Made by a program: the position numbers and the translations under genes. A stretch of 64,000 bases of DNA from a candidate division TM6 bacterium RIFCSPHIGHO2_12_FULL_36_22 (GTDB taxonomy: Bacteria; Babelota; Babeliae; Babelales; UBA12409): contig METK01000008.1 in assembly GCA_001771315.1 (NCBI GenBank), forward strand, positions 30,624 through 94,623. The letters run 5' to 3'. The notes below the pieces were generated by a model. The model was not told the DNA's origin. It made no database searches and was given only the letters and a program-made list of their open reading frames with translations. Below, piece after piece: positions 55,082 through 63,955 of this stretch (its first letter is position 1; every line of letters starts with the position of its first letter).

Positions 55082-56512
55082 ATGAACATTTCGAAGCAAA
55101 AGAGACCAGCCAAAGTTATCACCCCTGAAAAAAATCGTAGCTACTCCGAAATTACTGAATATCTTGACAGTAAGTGGCACGTTTCTTTAATCGATACAAG
55201 CAAAGAAACAATTAAAAAATTAGATAAAGCTCTTGGATCGCCTGGAGCAAAAATACATACGGCGTTTGTTTGTGGTAGTAATGGTAAAAGTTTAACAATT
55301 AATTTTGCAGCACAACTTCTCAAAGAAGAAGGTCTTAAGGTCGGAAGTTTTTATTCTCCACACTTACTTACATATAACGAGCGTATTTCTCTCAACAATG
55401 AAGCTATTGCCAATAAAACATTTGCAGACTTAGCAAATGAAGTAATTAATACTGCTGCTAAGCTTGCTCTCGATCCACATGCACAAGACATACTTACTAT
55501 GACTGCCCTTCTATATTTCAAGAAAAGCAATGTTGATATCGCTCTTTGTGAAATGTCTCTTAATGGTTCATGGGATCCAATCACCATTTGTAGCCCACTC
55601 ATCACAGCAATTACACGTTTAACCGATAAAGAAGAAGAAGAGCTTTCAGCTAAAGAAGCAAACAAAATTATCAAAGAAGCTATGATTGTGGTTAAAAAAG
55701 ATGGTTGGGTTGTATCAGCTGATCAAAGCAAAATGAATCTTCAAGTTATGCAAGATATCACAACTGAAAAAAAAGCTCATTGGGCTATGCCTATTAGAAA
55801 GCTTGCAACTCTTGAATATCCATTCGAACAACTTCATGGCCGCTGCGCTGCACTTGCTGAAAGAATCGCACAACTTTACGTTGAGCATTATGCTACAAAA
55901 AATGTAACTTTTATGGCAAATTCACTTTTGGTTAAACCAAAAGGCCAACGTGGTCGTCCAACATTAGAAGCAAAACGTCAATCAGAACTTAATCCAAAAC
56001 GTACTATTGAACATTTTTGGAAAGAAACACAATCAACACTTCCTGGGCGATTTGAATTACTCAGCAAAGACAAACCATCCATTTTATTGGATAACTCTGA
56101 TAACCTTGATGCATTTAAAAATCTGCTCCTTGGTATTCGTCTTTTACACTACCAACGCCCACTTAAAGGTTTGACAATCATCATTGGTTGTGAAGACAAT
56201 GCACTACACACACAAGAATTTTTAAAAGCAATTCGATATTTCTTTAAAAAGACTGCTGGTTCTATCATATTCTGTCCACTTAAAAAATCTCCTCTCTGCT
56301 ATGATAAAGATGAATCAACATGGGATATAGACAAGATTACAAACGATGTAAAAAACATTAAAGTTAAGGCTAAGACAGCCAAAAACCTTGCTGATGCATA
56401 TGAAACTGCAAAAAAGAGTGTTGATGAACGTCAAGGTCTATTAGTAATCACAGGATCTAACTCTATCTTACAAGAATATTGGAATTATAAAGGCATCAAA
56501 AAGTTTAATTAG
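55082..56512 (+). CDS. FolC-like Mur-ligase-family protein with degenerate catalytic motifs
   Basis: 476 aa. AFVCGSNGKSLTINFAAQLLKEEGLKVGSFYSPHLLTYNERISLNNEAI parallels FolC (GTNGKGS ... SPHL..ERI). The P-loop reads GSNGKS, and the usual T-x-I-x-x-DH segment reads TAITRLTDKEEEE. Confidence 0.5.
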   Translation: MNISKQKRPAKVITPEKNRSYSEITEYLDSKWHVSLIDTSKETIKKLDKALGSPGAKIHTAFVCGSNGKSLTINFAAQLLKEEGLKVGSFYSPHLLTYNERISLNNEAIANKTFADLANEVINTAAKLALDPHAQDILTMTALLYFKKSNVDIALCEMSLNGSWDPITICSPLITAITRLTDKEEEELSAKEANKIIKEAMIVVKKDGWVVSADQSKMNLQVMQDITTEKKAHWAMPIRKLATLEYPFEQLHGRCAALAERIAQLYVEHYATKNVTFMANSLLVKPKGQRGRPTLEAKRQSELNPKRTIEHFWKETQSTLPGRFELLSKDKPSILLDNSDNLDAFKNLLLGIRLLHYQRPLKGLTIIIGCEDNALHTQEFLKAIRYFFKKTAGSIIFCPLKKSPLCYDKDESTWDIDKITNDVKNIKVKAKTAKNLADAYETAKKSVDERQGLLVITGSNSILQEYWNYKGIKKFN

Positions 56513-56530
56513 TAACAAGTAACGCGTAGT

Positions 56531-56788
56531 ATGATTAGCATCATTTACTCAGTAATTTTTGGCATACTAAGCGGTTCAATATATGGGCTTCTCTTTTACT
56601 ATTCTAAAAAGAGAAGCCTCTTTATTTCTAAAAAATCAATCGTTACAGAAAGTGTTCGTTTTATAGCTCTTGCATGCTTTCTTGTTTTTTTCTTGCTCCA
56701 AACACCACTTGACCTTATAATAAGTATGGTGTTTTTTTTAATAGGATTCTGGGGAGTAATCCTTAAACAAGAAAGATTCTTCTCGTGA
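56531..56788 (+). CDS. AtpI/AtpZ-like small membrane protein
   Basis: 85 aa with 3 hydrophobic helices. It sits immediately upstream of the a-subunit gene and overlaps it (GTGA). Confidence 0.5.
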   Translation: MISIIYSVIFGILSGSIYGLLFYYSKKRSLFISKKSIVTESVRFIALACFLVFFLLQTPLDLIISMVFFLIGFWGVILKQERFFS

Positions 56789-57513
56789 TTAATCTTTTCG
56801 AAGTTTCAACGATAAATCCGTTTGCTAGATTTGGTTTAATTCATGCTTTTTGGCATATTAATCTCGAAACACTTTTATATACTTGGGTTGTATTAGCCGT
56901 TGTGATCATTATTGTTGCTATCTTTAACATAGCTCTCGCATACAATCATGACATCCTATTGTTTGGTTTACTTTCGTTTGTAAAAACGTTTAAGGATCTT
57001 GTTACACAAACACTAGGTTTTTATTCATTTGGACATACAGCATTTATTCTGACTTTATTCACTTTTATTTTCCTATCTAACTCTCTTGGCATTATACCCG
57101 GTTTAGAAGAACCAACCAGCGATCTTAATACCACTCTCGCTTTGGGTATTACATCATTTCTATACATACAAATAAACAGTATCCGTGTACACGGTATTTT
57201 TGGATATCTTGGTGAATTTTTTCAGCCATTTTTCTTTATGATGCCACTTAATATTGTCGGCGAGCTTGCAAGCATCATGTCAATTTCATTCCGTCTTTTT
57301 GGTAATATTTTTGGTGGACTCATTATCGGTAAGCTTTATTATGGCGCTATTGGCGGCGTAGCAATACTTGAAATATTAGGAATGATATCTGGCCTTAATT
57401 TGATATTAATTTTGTTTTTAGGTCTTTTTACAGGTGCCGTACAAGCATTTGTATTTTCCATTTTATCCCTCACCTATCTTTCACTAGCGATTCAAATGGA
57501 TGAAGAGGAATAA
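56785..57513 (+). CDS. atpB: F-type ATPase subunit a
   Basis: 242 aa, GTG start. SISFRLFGNIFGGLIIG contains the essential Arg motif (R-L-F-G-N). About 5-6 TM helices. Confidence 0.85.
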   Translation: MINLFEVSTINPFARFGLIHAFWHINLETLLYTWVVLAVVIIIVAIFNIALAYNHDILLFGLLSFVKTFKDLVTQTLGFYSFGHTAFILTLFTFIFLSNSLGIIPGLEEPTSDLNTTLALGITSFLYIQINSIRVHGIFGYLGEFFQPFFFMMPLNIVGELASIMSISFRLFGNIFGGLIIGKLYYGAIGGVAILEILGMISGLNLILILFLGLFTGAVQAFVFSILSLTYLSLAIQMDEEE

Positions 57514-57515
57514 TA

Positions 57516-58478
57516 ATGACACTAGGCTCATTTTTTCATTATGGTAGCATTGCTGGTACTATTGCCTGCAGCGCTTTAGGCATAAGTATCGGCCTAAGTT
57601 ACATAGCCAAAGGCGCTATAGATGCTCTCTATACTCAACCTTCCGCACATAAAGAAATTTCAAAAATATCAATTTTAGCAATGGCACTTACTGAAACTGG
57701 TGGGGTCATTGGTTTAACGGTTTCTCTCATGCTATTTATTACCACCCTCAAGCTAGATAATACCCTCCTTTATCCCGGCCTTGCTCGATTTGGAATATTT
57801 TTTACAACCGGTTTAGTATCACTTTTTGTAGGTATTGTATCTGCGCTTCCAGCTCGACAAGCTTGCTTGTCTGTAGCTCGACAACCTTTTTTTAGTACAA
57901 AAATTATGAATCTTTTACTTATTACCATGTCCATTGTGCAAACACCCATTATCTTCGGCTTTCTTGCAGCTGTCATGATAAATTCTCAAGCCAATACAGC
58001 TGAATCCATTGGTCAAGCACTAGCAATTTTAAGTGCAGGCGTATGCCTTGGAATCGGGTCTATTGGTCCTGCATATGGGCAAAGTATTTATGCAGCACAA
58101 GCATGTGAAACACTCGGCAATAATAGAGATACATATCGAGGAATTTTAACTTTTTCATTAATCAGTCAGGCAATGATTGAGTCTCCAATAATTTTTGCAC
58201 TCTTAATTACCTTAGTTATTCTTGGAACTACATCAAATTTAATGACCCCTATACAAGCCGTAGTAACTACAGTTGCTGGATTTTGTGTTGGTATTAATAA
58301 TATTGCTACCGGTATAAGTTCAGGACGTACCGCAGCTGCTGCAAGCAAGCAAATAACCCATAATTTATCGAGTTATACCGCCATCACACGTACCAGTCTT
58401 ATTGCCCAAGGATTAATTGATACATTTGCAATTTATGGTTTGCTCATTGGATTACTCCTGCTATTCTTAGGAAAATAA
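57516..58478 (+). CDS. atpE: F-type ATPase c subunit, four fused hairpins (8 TM) in one 320-aa polypeptide
   Basis: There are four units of about 80 aa, each with a Gly-rich helix, a polar loop and a carrier helix. Loops: YTQPSAH, ARQPFFS, GNNRDTY, THNLSSY. Carrier positions: ALTE60TGG, SIVQ142TPI, MIE222SPI, LID302TFA, spaced 82/80/80 residues apart. Confidence 0.75.
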   Translation: MTLGSFFHYGSIAGTIACSALGISIGLSYIAKGAIDALYTQPSAHKEISKISILAMALTETGGVIGLTVSLMLFITTLKLDNTLLYPGLARFGIFFTTGLVSLFVGIVSALPARQACLSVARQPFFSTKIMNLLLITMSIVQTPIIFGFLAAVMINSQANTAESIGQALAILSAGVCLGIGSIGPAYGQSIYAAQACETLGNNRDTYRGILTFSLISQAMIESPIIFALLITLVILGTTSNLMTPIQAVVTTVAGFCVGINNIATGISSGRTAAAASKQITHNLSSYTAITRTSLIAQGLIDTFAIYGLLIGLLLLFLGK

Positions 58479-58504
58479 CTCCTTAACAAAATCAAGAGTT
58501 AATC

Positions 58505-59653
58505 ATGCAGAAATTAAATAAAAAAAATAAACCTACTATTGTTTATATAATAACCAAACTTGAACTTGGTGGTGCACAAAAAATCTGCCTTTCCTTGTTT
58601 GAAGACCTTCAACAAAAAGATGTCGATACATATCTCATTTCTGGAACAACTGGTCCTCTTGTCGAACAAGCAAAAAAAAATCCTCACACAATCTTACTTG
58701 AGACCATGACACGAGAAGTATCTACCACAGGATTTTTTAGTGAACTAAGAAATTTTTATCAAATTTTTCGCGCATTAAGAAAAATCAAAAAAAAGAATCC
58801 CAACATTATTGTACATACACATAGCACCAAAGCTGGCCTTATTGGTCGCTGGGCTGCCTGGTTTGCCGGTATTAAAAAGAAAGTTCATACAGTTCATGGA
58901 TTCGGCTTTCATACACACCAACATATGGCCGTATGGTTTGGTATTTATTTTTTAGAACTTATTACAAGCCTTATAACTACCCACTTTGTTTGTGTTTCAT
59001 CTGCTGACATTAAACAAGGAATTAAACTTTTTCCTCGATTTGCAAAAAAAAGTAGTATTATCCGCGCGGCAGTACCATCTCAAGAATTTTACATTCCAGC
59101 TCGTAAATTAATTGAAGTTCATAATAAGTTTGTATTTGGTACTGTTGCTTGCTTTAAGCCACAAAAAAACCTTTTTGACTTATTAAAAGCATTTAAAAAA
59201 GTATACATTCAATATCCTCAAGCACGTTTAGAAATTATTGGTGATGGACAATTACGCATAGCACTTGAAGCATGGATCGATCATCATGGACTCAATAATG
59301 CGGTAAAATTACATGGTTGGCAACATGCTGTAGCACCTATTATGTGTAACTGGAATACATTTGTTCTCAGTTCTCTTTGGGAAGGCCTTCCATGTGCCAT
59401 TATTGAAGCTCGATTACTTAAATTACCTGTTTTAAGTTATAATACGGGAGGTATTCATGATGTTATCTCCAATGGTAATAATGGATTTTTATATCCACAG
59501 GGCCACTGGGGCGAACTTGCAGATGGCATGATAGAAGTTATGAAAGATAAGAAATTATACAGCAAACTATGCTCATTCAAAGATGATTTATCAGCATTTG
59601 AAAAAGAAACCATGATTACGCAACATGATCAGCTTTATCAGCAACTTGGATAG
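58505..59653 (+). CDS. glycosyltransferase, GT4-like (GT-B fold)
   Basis: 382 aa. N-terminal KLELGGAQK, C-terminal LSSLWEGLPCAIIEARLLKLPVLSYNTGGIHDVI (E-x7-E type motif). Confidence 0.8.
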   Translation: MQKLNKKNKPTIVYIITKLELGGAQKICLSLFEDLQQKDVDTYLISGTTGPLVEQAKKNPHTILLETMTREVSTTGFFSELRNFYQIFRALRKIKKKNPNIIVHTHSTKAGLIGRWAAWFAGIKKKVHTVHGFGFHTHQHMAVWFGIYFLELITSLITTHFVCVSSADIKQGIKLFPRFAKKSSIIRAAVPSQEFYIPARKLIEVHNKFVFGTVACFKPQKNLFDLLKAFKKVYIQYPQARLEIIGDGQLRIALEAWIDHHGLNNAVKLHGWQHAVAPIMCNWNTFVLSSLWEGLPCAIIEARLLKLPVLSYNTGGIHDVISNGNNGFLYPQGHWGELADGMIEVMKDKKLYSKLCSFKDDLSAFEKETMITQHDQLYQQLG

Positions 59654-59715
59654 TTTGCAAAAGTTGGTACGCTAAATATAAGAACAATTTTTAAATAGAT
59701 ATAGGAATCAAGTAC

Positions 59716-60627
59716 GTGAAATATGACTCACTTATCAAGGCAATAGGCAATACTCCCATCGTTAAGCTACCTTTGAAAGGTAAGGCTACTATCTATGCAA
59801 AACTAGAATATCTTAATCCAGGGGGAAGTGTTAAAGATCGCTCTGCTCTTTATATGATTGAGGAAGCAGAACGTCGTGGTGATCTCAAGCCAGGGGGAAC
59901 TATAATTGACGCCTCCTCCGGCAATCAAGGCATCGCTGTTGCTATGATCGGTGCTATCAAAGGCTATAAAGTCATTATTACAGTCGCTGAAAAAATCAGC
60001 GAAGAAAAGAAAAAAACAATGAAGGCCTATGGAGCTGAGGTCGTGGTTTGCCCGGTCACAATGCTCATCAATGATCCAGAAAACTATCATGCAAAGGCTG
60101 TAGAATTACATAAAACAACTCCTAACTCATTTATGCCTAACCAATATTTCAATATTGATAACCGTAATGCTCATTATCATTCCCTTGGTCCAGAAATTTG
60201 GCGACAAACGGAAGGTAAGATTACTCATTTCTTTGCTGGCGCTGGTACTGGAGGCACAATAAGCGGTGCTGGAGGCTATTTAAAAGAAAAAAATCCCAAT
60301 ATTAAGGTAATTGCCGTTGACTCCAATAACTCTTTTCGTGCAACAAAAGGTCACCCAAAGCCATATGCCGTTGAAGGCATGGGTGTCGATTTTGATTCTC
60401 CTGTATTAAACTATGAAACTATCGATGAATTTATCGAAGTAACCGATCAACAAGCTTTTGATATGCTAAAAATTTTGGCACGTAAGAATGGTTTGTTAGT
60501 TGGACCGAGTAGTGGCGCCGTTGCATATGCTGTCGCGTCGTACGAGCCAAAATTTAATGACGGTGACATGGCCGTTTTTATTTGTGGCGATTCTGGTCGT
60601 GCATATTTATCTAAAGATTTTTATTAA
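59716..60627 (+). CDS. cysK: cysteine synthase / cystathionine beta-synthase family PLP enzyme
   Basis: 303 aa, GTG start. NPGGSVKDRSALYMI (PLP-Lys), ASSGNQGIAVA, GAGTGGTISG. Confidence 0.85.
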   Translation: MKYDSLIKAIGNTPIVKLPLKGKATIYAKLEYLNPGGSVKDRSALYMIEEAERRGDLKPGGTIIDASSGNQGIAVAMIGAIKGYKVIITVAEKISEEKKKTMKAYGAEVVVCPVTMLINDPENYHAKAVELHKTTPNSFMPNQYFNIDNRNAHYHSLGPEIWRQTEGKITHFFAGAGTGGTISGAGGYLKEKNPNIKVIAVDSNNSFRATKGHPKPYAVEGMGVDFDSPVLNYETIDEFIEVTDQQAFDMLKILARKNGLLVGPSSGAVAYAVASYEPKFNDGDMAVFICGDSGRAYLSKDFY

Positions 60628-60798
60628 ACTTGCTTATTTAAGCGTATCAATAAACTTTTGCAGAGTATCCGTTGCTAGACTATATGTATCTAATAGGTTC
60701 TGCACATCAGTTTTAGATGAAGAAGCCGTCAACGTCTGACTCATAATCTGGCTTTGAAGAGAAAGATAGGAATCCAAGAGTTTCTGACTTTGCTTCGT

Positions 60799-60847
60799 GA
60801 ACTACTCGCCCCTAAAGGAGCGAGAATGCGCGAGCTCTTTAGTTCAA
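60799..60847 (+). repeat. 48-bp palindromic intergenic repeat, copy 5 (best consensus copy)
   Basis: GAACTACTCGCCCCTAAAGGAGCGAGAATGCGCGAGCTCTTTAGTTCAA. Confidence 0.85.
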
Positions 60848-61019
60848 AAGCTCCGCAATCTCTTGATCAACAACTTGTGCAATTAATGGGATCAACTACA
60901 TCTCCATTATCAGCCATCGACAAAACATTCCTAATATTAATCATGGCAATAACACCAAATAAAGGACATGGAGCTATATATAAGACTTGTGTCGCAAATA
61001 CAAAACATCAAATGTTTTG

Positions 61020-62045
61020 TTAAATTTCCAACAATTGTATTCTTTGTGAAGATAAAGAATCAAGAAACTGTTCAGGCTTGAACTGTTGTCCCATTTTATA
61101 GAGATGTAATTTTCTATCTTGCAGTTGAGCTTTATTCTCATTCCACCAAGCAAGTAAACGCTCTATCGGCTGTTCATAGTAGTCGATACCAAAAAAGAAG
61201 GTTCCCCAATGCATGGGTATAAAGTGTTTGGCATTGATCTCAATGAATGCCCTACCCGCCTGCTCAGGACTTAAATGAGCCTTTTCCATCCAGTTACGAG
61301 GCTCACATGGTCCGATTGGCATAAAAGCTACATCAATAATTGGAAACTCATTTGAAATTTCTTTAAAGTGCTTCCAATAAGCAGTATCACCCCCAAAATA
61401 GATCTTTTTGCCAGCAACATCGAGCATCCAACTACCCCATAAAGACTTATTTCGATCTAGAATGCCTCTCTGAGACCAATGGTAAGCTGGAAGGAAAGTA
61501 AAGTTAATATCGAGAAAACTCACATTTTTCCACCAATTGAATTCTGATACTAAATCTAGATTATAACCATATCGTCTAAACCAATCTTTATCACCATGCG
61601 GCACAAGAATATGTGCTTTTGGGTTATTTTTAACTACAGTTGCAAGACTTTTACGATCCATATGATCACGATGATTATGAGAAAGAAGGATATAATCAAT
61701 TGGAGGTAGCTGCTCGACTGTCAATCCTGGAGGCAAAATACGTGGAAATAAACAACTCGAATTTCCAAATATTGGATCAATAAGGATATTACATTGATTA
61801 ACTTGAATTAGAAAACTTGCATGTCCTATCCAAGTAATTGTAAGCTCTTGACTCCTTTTTGGTGGAGTAGATGATTTAACCCATTGTTGCTTATCATGTG
61901 GTTTTCGTGAATTATAGTTTTTTAGTAAGTGCAAAAGCATTAATACCGTATGACCAAAGACATTATCAAAAGTCTCTCCATGCTCATTGGCAAAGCGACG
62001 CCCATCATGATGGGGCATTAATTTATAAAATTTTTTTTTATCCAT
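61020..62045 (-). CDS. MBL-fold metallo-hydrolase (NAPE-PLD-like)
   Basis: HNHRDHMD (H-x-H-x-D-H) plus the downstream GGDTAY and PMHWGTF motifs. The likely start is the ATG at 62045 (MDKKKFYKL) and not the track start at 62117. Confidence 0.75.
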   Translation of the reverse strand: MDKKKFYKLMPHHDGRRFANEHGETFDNVFGHTVLMLLHLLKNYNSRKPHDKQQWVKSSTPPKRSQELTITWIGHASFLIQVNQCNILIDPIFGNSSCLFPRILPPGLTVEQLPPIDYILLSHNHRDHMDRKSLATVVKNNPKAHILVPHGDKDWFRRYGYNLDLVSEFNWWKNVSFLDINFTFLPAYHWSQRGILDRNKSLWGSWMLDVAGKKIYFGGDTAYWKHFKEISNEFPIIDVAFMPIGPCEPRNWMEKAHLSPEQAGRAFIEINAKHFIPMHWGTFFFGIDYYEQPIERLLAWWNENKAQLQDRKLHLYKMGQQFKPEQFLDSLSSQRIQLLEI

Positions 62046-62184
62046 AAAAATCACTTTTATAACTAATTTCCCCCATCCAGACAGAATGTCTTGGATAGGG
62101 GAAATGGAGGTTATCACGGTTAAAAGATCTTACCAATCTTTCTTAAATAAGAATATCTACTTTCCTTCAAGAAATCAAATTAGA

Positions 62185-62652
62185 TTACTTCTTACAACAA
62201 ACATCTACTATGCAGACCCCGCCATAGGACGGTAAAAGCTGTTGTAAACGTTCAATAGAAATTTGTGTTCGAAGTGCATTAAAGACCTGATTGCTCAGCA
62301 AAATTTGGCTTCCATCACGTAATTTTACTAAACGTTTATTTCTAAATAATGCATTAAAAAGCCATTGTACATCAACCCACACAAATTGCTGTTCCCGCCT
62401 CGCCTGAATTTCAAGGCCATATTGTCGCGGAACCAAAGAAAAAGAATAATCCCCAATTAAATTATAAAATCGAGGACAAGCCTCTTGTTTACCATATGTT
62501 TCATTTGGTAATCCTCCCCAAAGACCTGTTTCATCCTGCACAAACCCTAAATAGGAACGTCGATTATAAAAACTTAATGGAATGGTACTAGATATAATCT
62601 GAGCATCGATAGATATGGCAAGGAGTGCAAACAGAATTAAGAACTGCTTCAT
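62185..62652 (-). CDS. hypothetical secreted protein
   Basis: 155 aa. Signal peptide MKQFLILFALLAISIDAQ, C-terminal Cys cluster CIVDVCCKK. Confidence 0.5.
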   Translation of the reverse strand: MKQFLILFALLAISIDAQIISSTIPLSFYNRRSYLGFVQDETGLWGGLPNETYGKQEACPRFYNLIGDYSFSLVPRQYGLEIQARREQQFVWVDVQWLFNALFRNKRLVKLRDGSQILLSNQVFNALRTQISIERLQQLLPSYGGVCIVDVCCKK

Positions 62653-62781
62653 GGCTATGTCCTTTCTTTTATGGCTACATTAGCATAGCCTATCATTGTA
62701 ATTCTACAATAGAAGGGATTTAAAAAAAAATCACTGCATAAAAATAGAGCTTAATACTTTGACATAAGCATTAATCACCAG

Positions 62782-63882
62782 TTATTGACCTAATAATTTA
62801 TCATACTCTCGTTGATACTGTTCAACCATTTTACTAAAACTAAACTCTGATTCAATCGTCAGCGCTGCCGCCCGACCTAATTTTTCCTGTAAAATAGGAT
62901 TCTGAGCAAGCTTTAACAAACTTTTTGCTAAAGATTTTGATTCATAAACATTTACCAAAATACCATTATTATTAGACTGTACCACCTCATGCTTACCATC
63001 AGGCTTTATGATAATCGGAGGAACTCCTGCACTCATGGCCTCTAACAAGGCTATAGAAAGTCCTTCCTGCCATGACGTCATAACAAAACAATGAAAAAGT
63101 GGATAATATTCGGTAGCCTTGTTGGCTTTAATAAAGTGTACTTTGGTCGCAATACCTAACTGTATAGCCTGCTTTCGTAATTGCTGTTCCAGCTCACCCT
63201 GGCCGACAAGAAGCAAAACACTGTTAGTATAGGACTCAAGAAAAACTGCAAAACTCTCTAATAATAGAGAATAATTTTTGACTAAACTAAAGCGGCCAAC
63301 TGAACCGACAACAAAGCAATTGTTTGTATTGAATTGCTTTGTCAAAGTTTCGTTTTTTGTCGATTTATTTAATTGAACACCATTTTGTATTGTAATCACC
63401 TTTTCATGTGGTAATCCAAACCCGTTCATTTGTGACGAAACAAGAACATAGCATTGTGCCCAATGAGCTAATAATTTATCTATAATTGAACGAAATCGAC
63501 TATTTTTTGTTCCAATAGTAGCCAAATTAGTTTGAGAATGAATCGCACATAAAACCGGAATACGAAGTAATTTACCTACTAAACGTGCACAAACATTGGC
63601 TGACCACAATGAAGAATGAATAACATGAGGCCGTAATTTCTTAACAATTCTAATCAATCGTACAAAAAATATAGGATCATAGAGTTTTATTACACCAGAA
63701 ATTTGAGTTGTTTTAAAGCCTAATTGCTCAAGACATTGACGGTTTGGACCATCATGAAAATAAATGATTTCATTGTGATAATTTTTAGCCCGCAATGCTT
63801 GTACAAGCTCAACCAGTAATGCTTCAGCACCACCCACCTTAAGACTCGTTATAATATGGACTATGGTTTTTTTTCTTGGCAT
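62782..63882 (-). CDS. glycosyltransferase, GT4-like
   Basis: 366 aa. N-terminal SLKVGGAEALL, C-terminal TSWQEGLSIALLEAMSAGVPPII. Confidence 0.8.
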   Translation of the reverse strand: MPRKKTIVHIITSLKVGGAEALLVELVQALRAKNYHNEIIYFHDGPNRQCLEQLGFKTTQISGVIKLYDPIFFVRLIRIVKKLRPHVIHSSLWSANVCARLVGKLLRIPVLCAIHSQTNLATIGTKNSRFRSIIDKLLAHWAQCYVLVSSQMNGFGLPHEKVITIQNGVQLNKSTKNETLTKQFNTNNCFVVGSVGRFSLVKNYSLLLESFAVFLESYTNSVLLLVGQGELEQQLRKQAIQLGIATKVHFIKANKATEYYPLFHCFVMTSWQEGLSIALLEAMSAGVPPIIIKPDGKHEVVQSNNNGILVNVYESKSLAKSLLKLAQNPILQEKLGRAAALTIESEFSFSKMVEQYQREYDKLLGQ

Positions 63883-63955
63883 GAAATACTTTACATTTAT
63901 GCTTGATATAACACACTTATATTAACAAGTATATTATTGAATTGGTAGCAAACTT

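Noticed and set aside
60634-60744. 36-aa minus-strand mini-ORF (MSQTLTASSSKTDVQNLLDTYSLATDTLQKFIDTLK), open for about 55 codons back to a TAG at the edge of repeat copy 5. It could be the remnant of a coiled-coil gene disrupted by the repeat.
   Set aside because: It is too short, has no SD, and I cannot show homology without a search. I kept it only as a note.
60754-61023. 89-aa ORF from the track (also readable as a 65-aa ORF from the repeat-internal ATG at 60826).
   Set aside because: It runs straight through repeat copy 5. Its only SD/ATG is the one carried by the repeat itself. The equivalent frames at the other four copies stop after 7-32 codons with unrelated sequence. The product has no recognisable features. 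It is most likely a by-product of the repeat.
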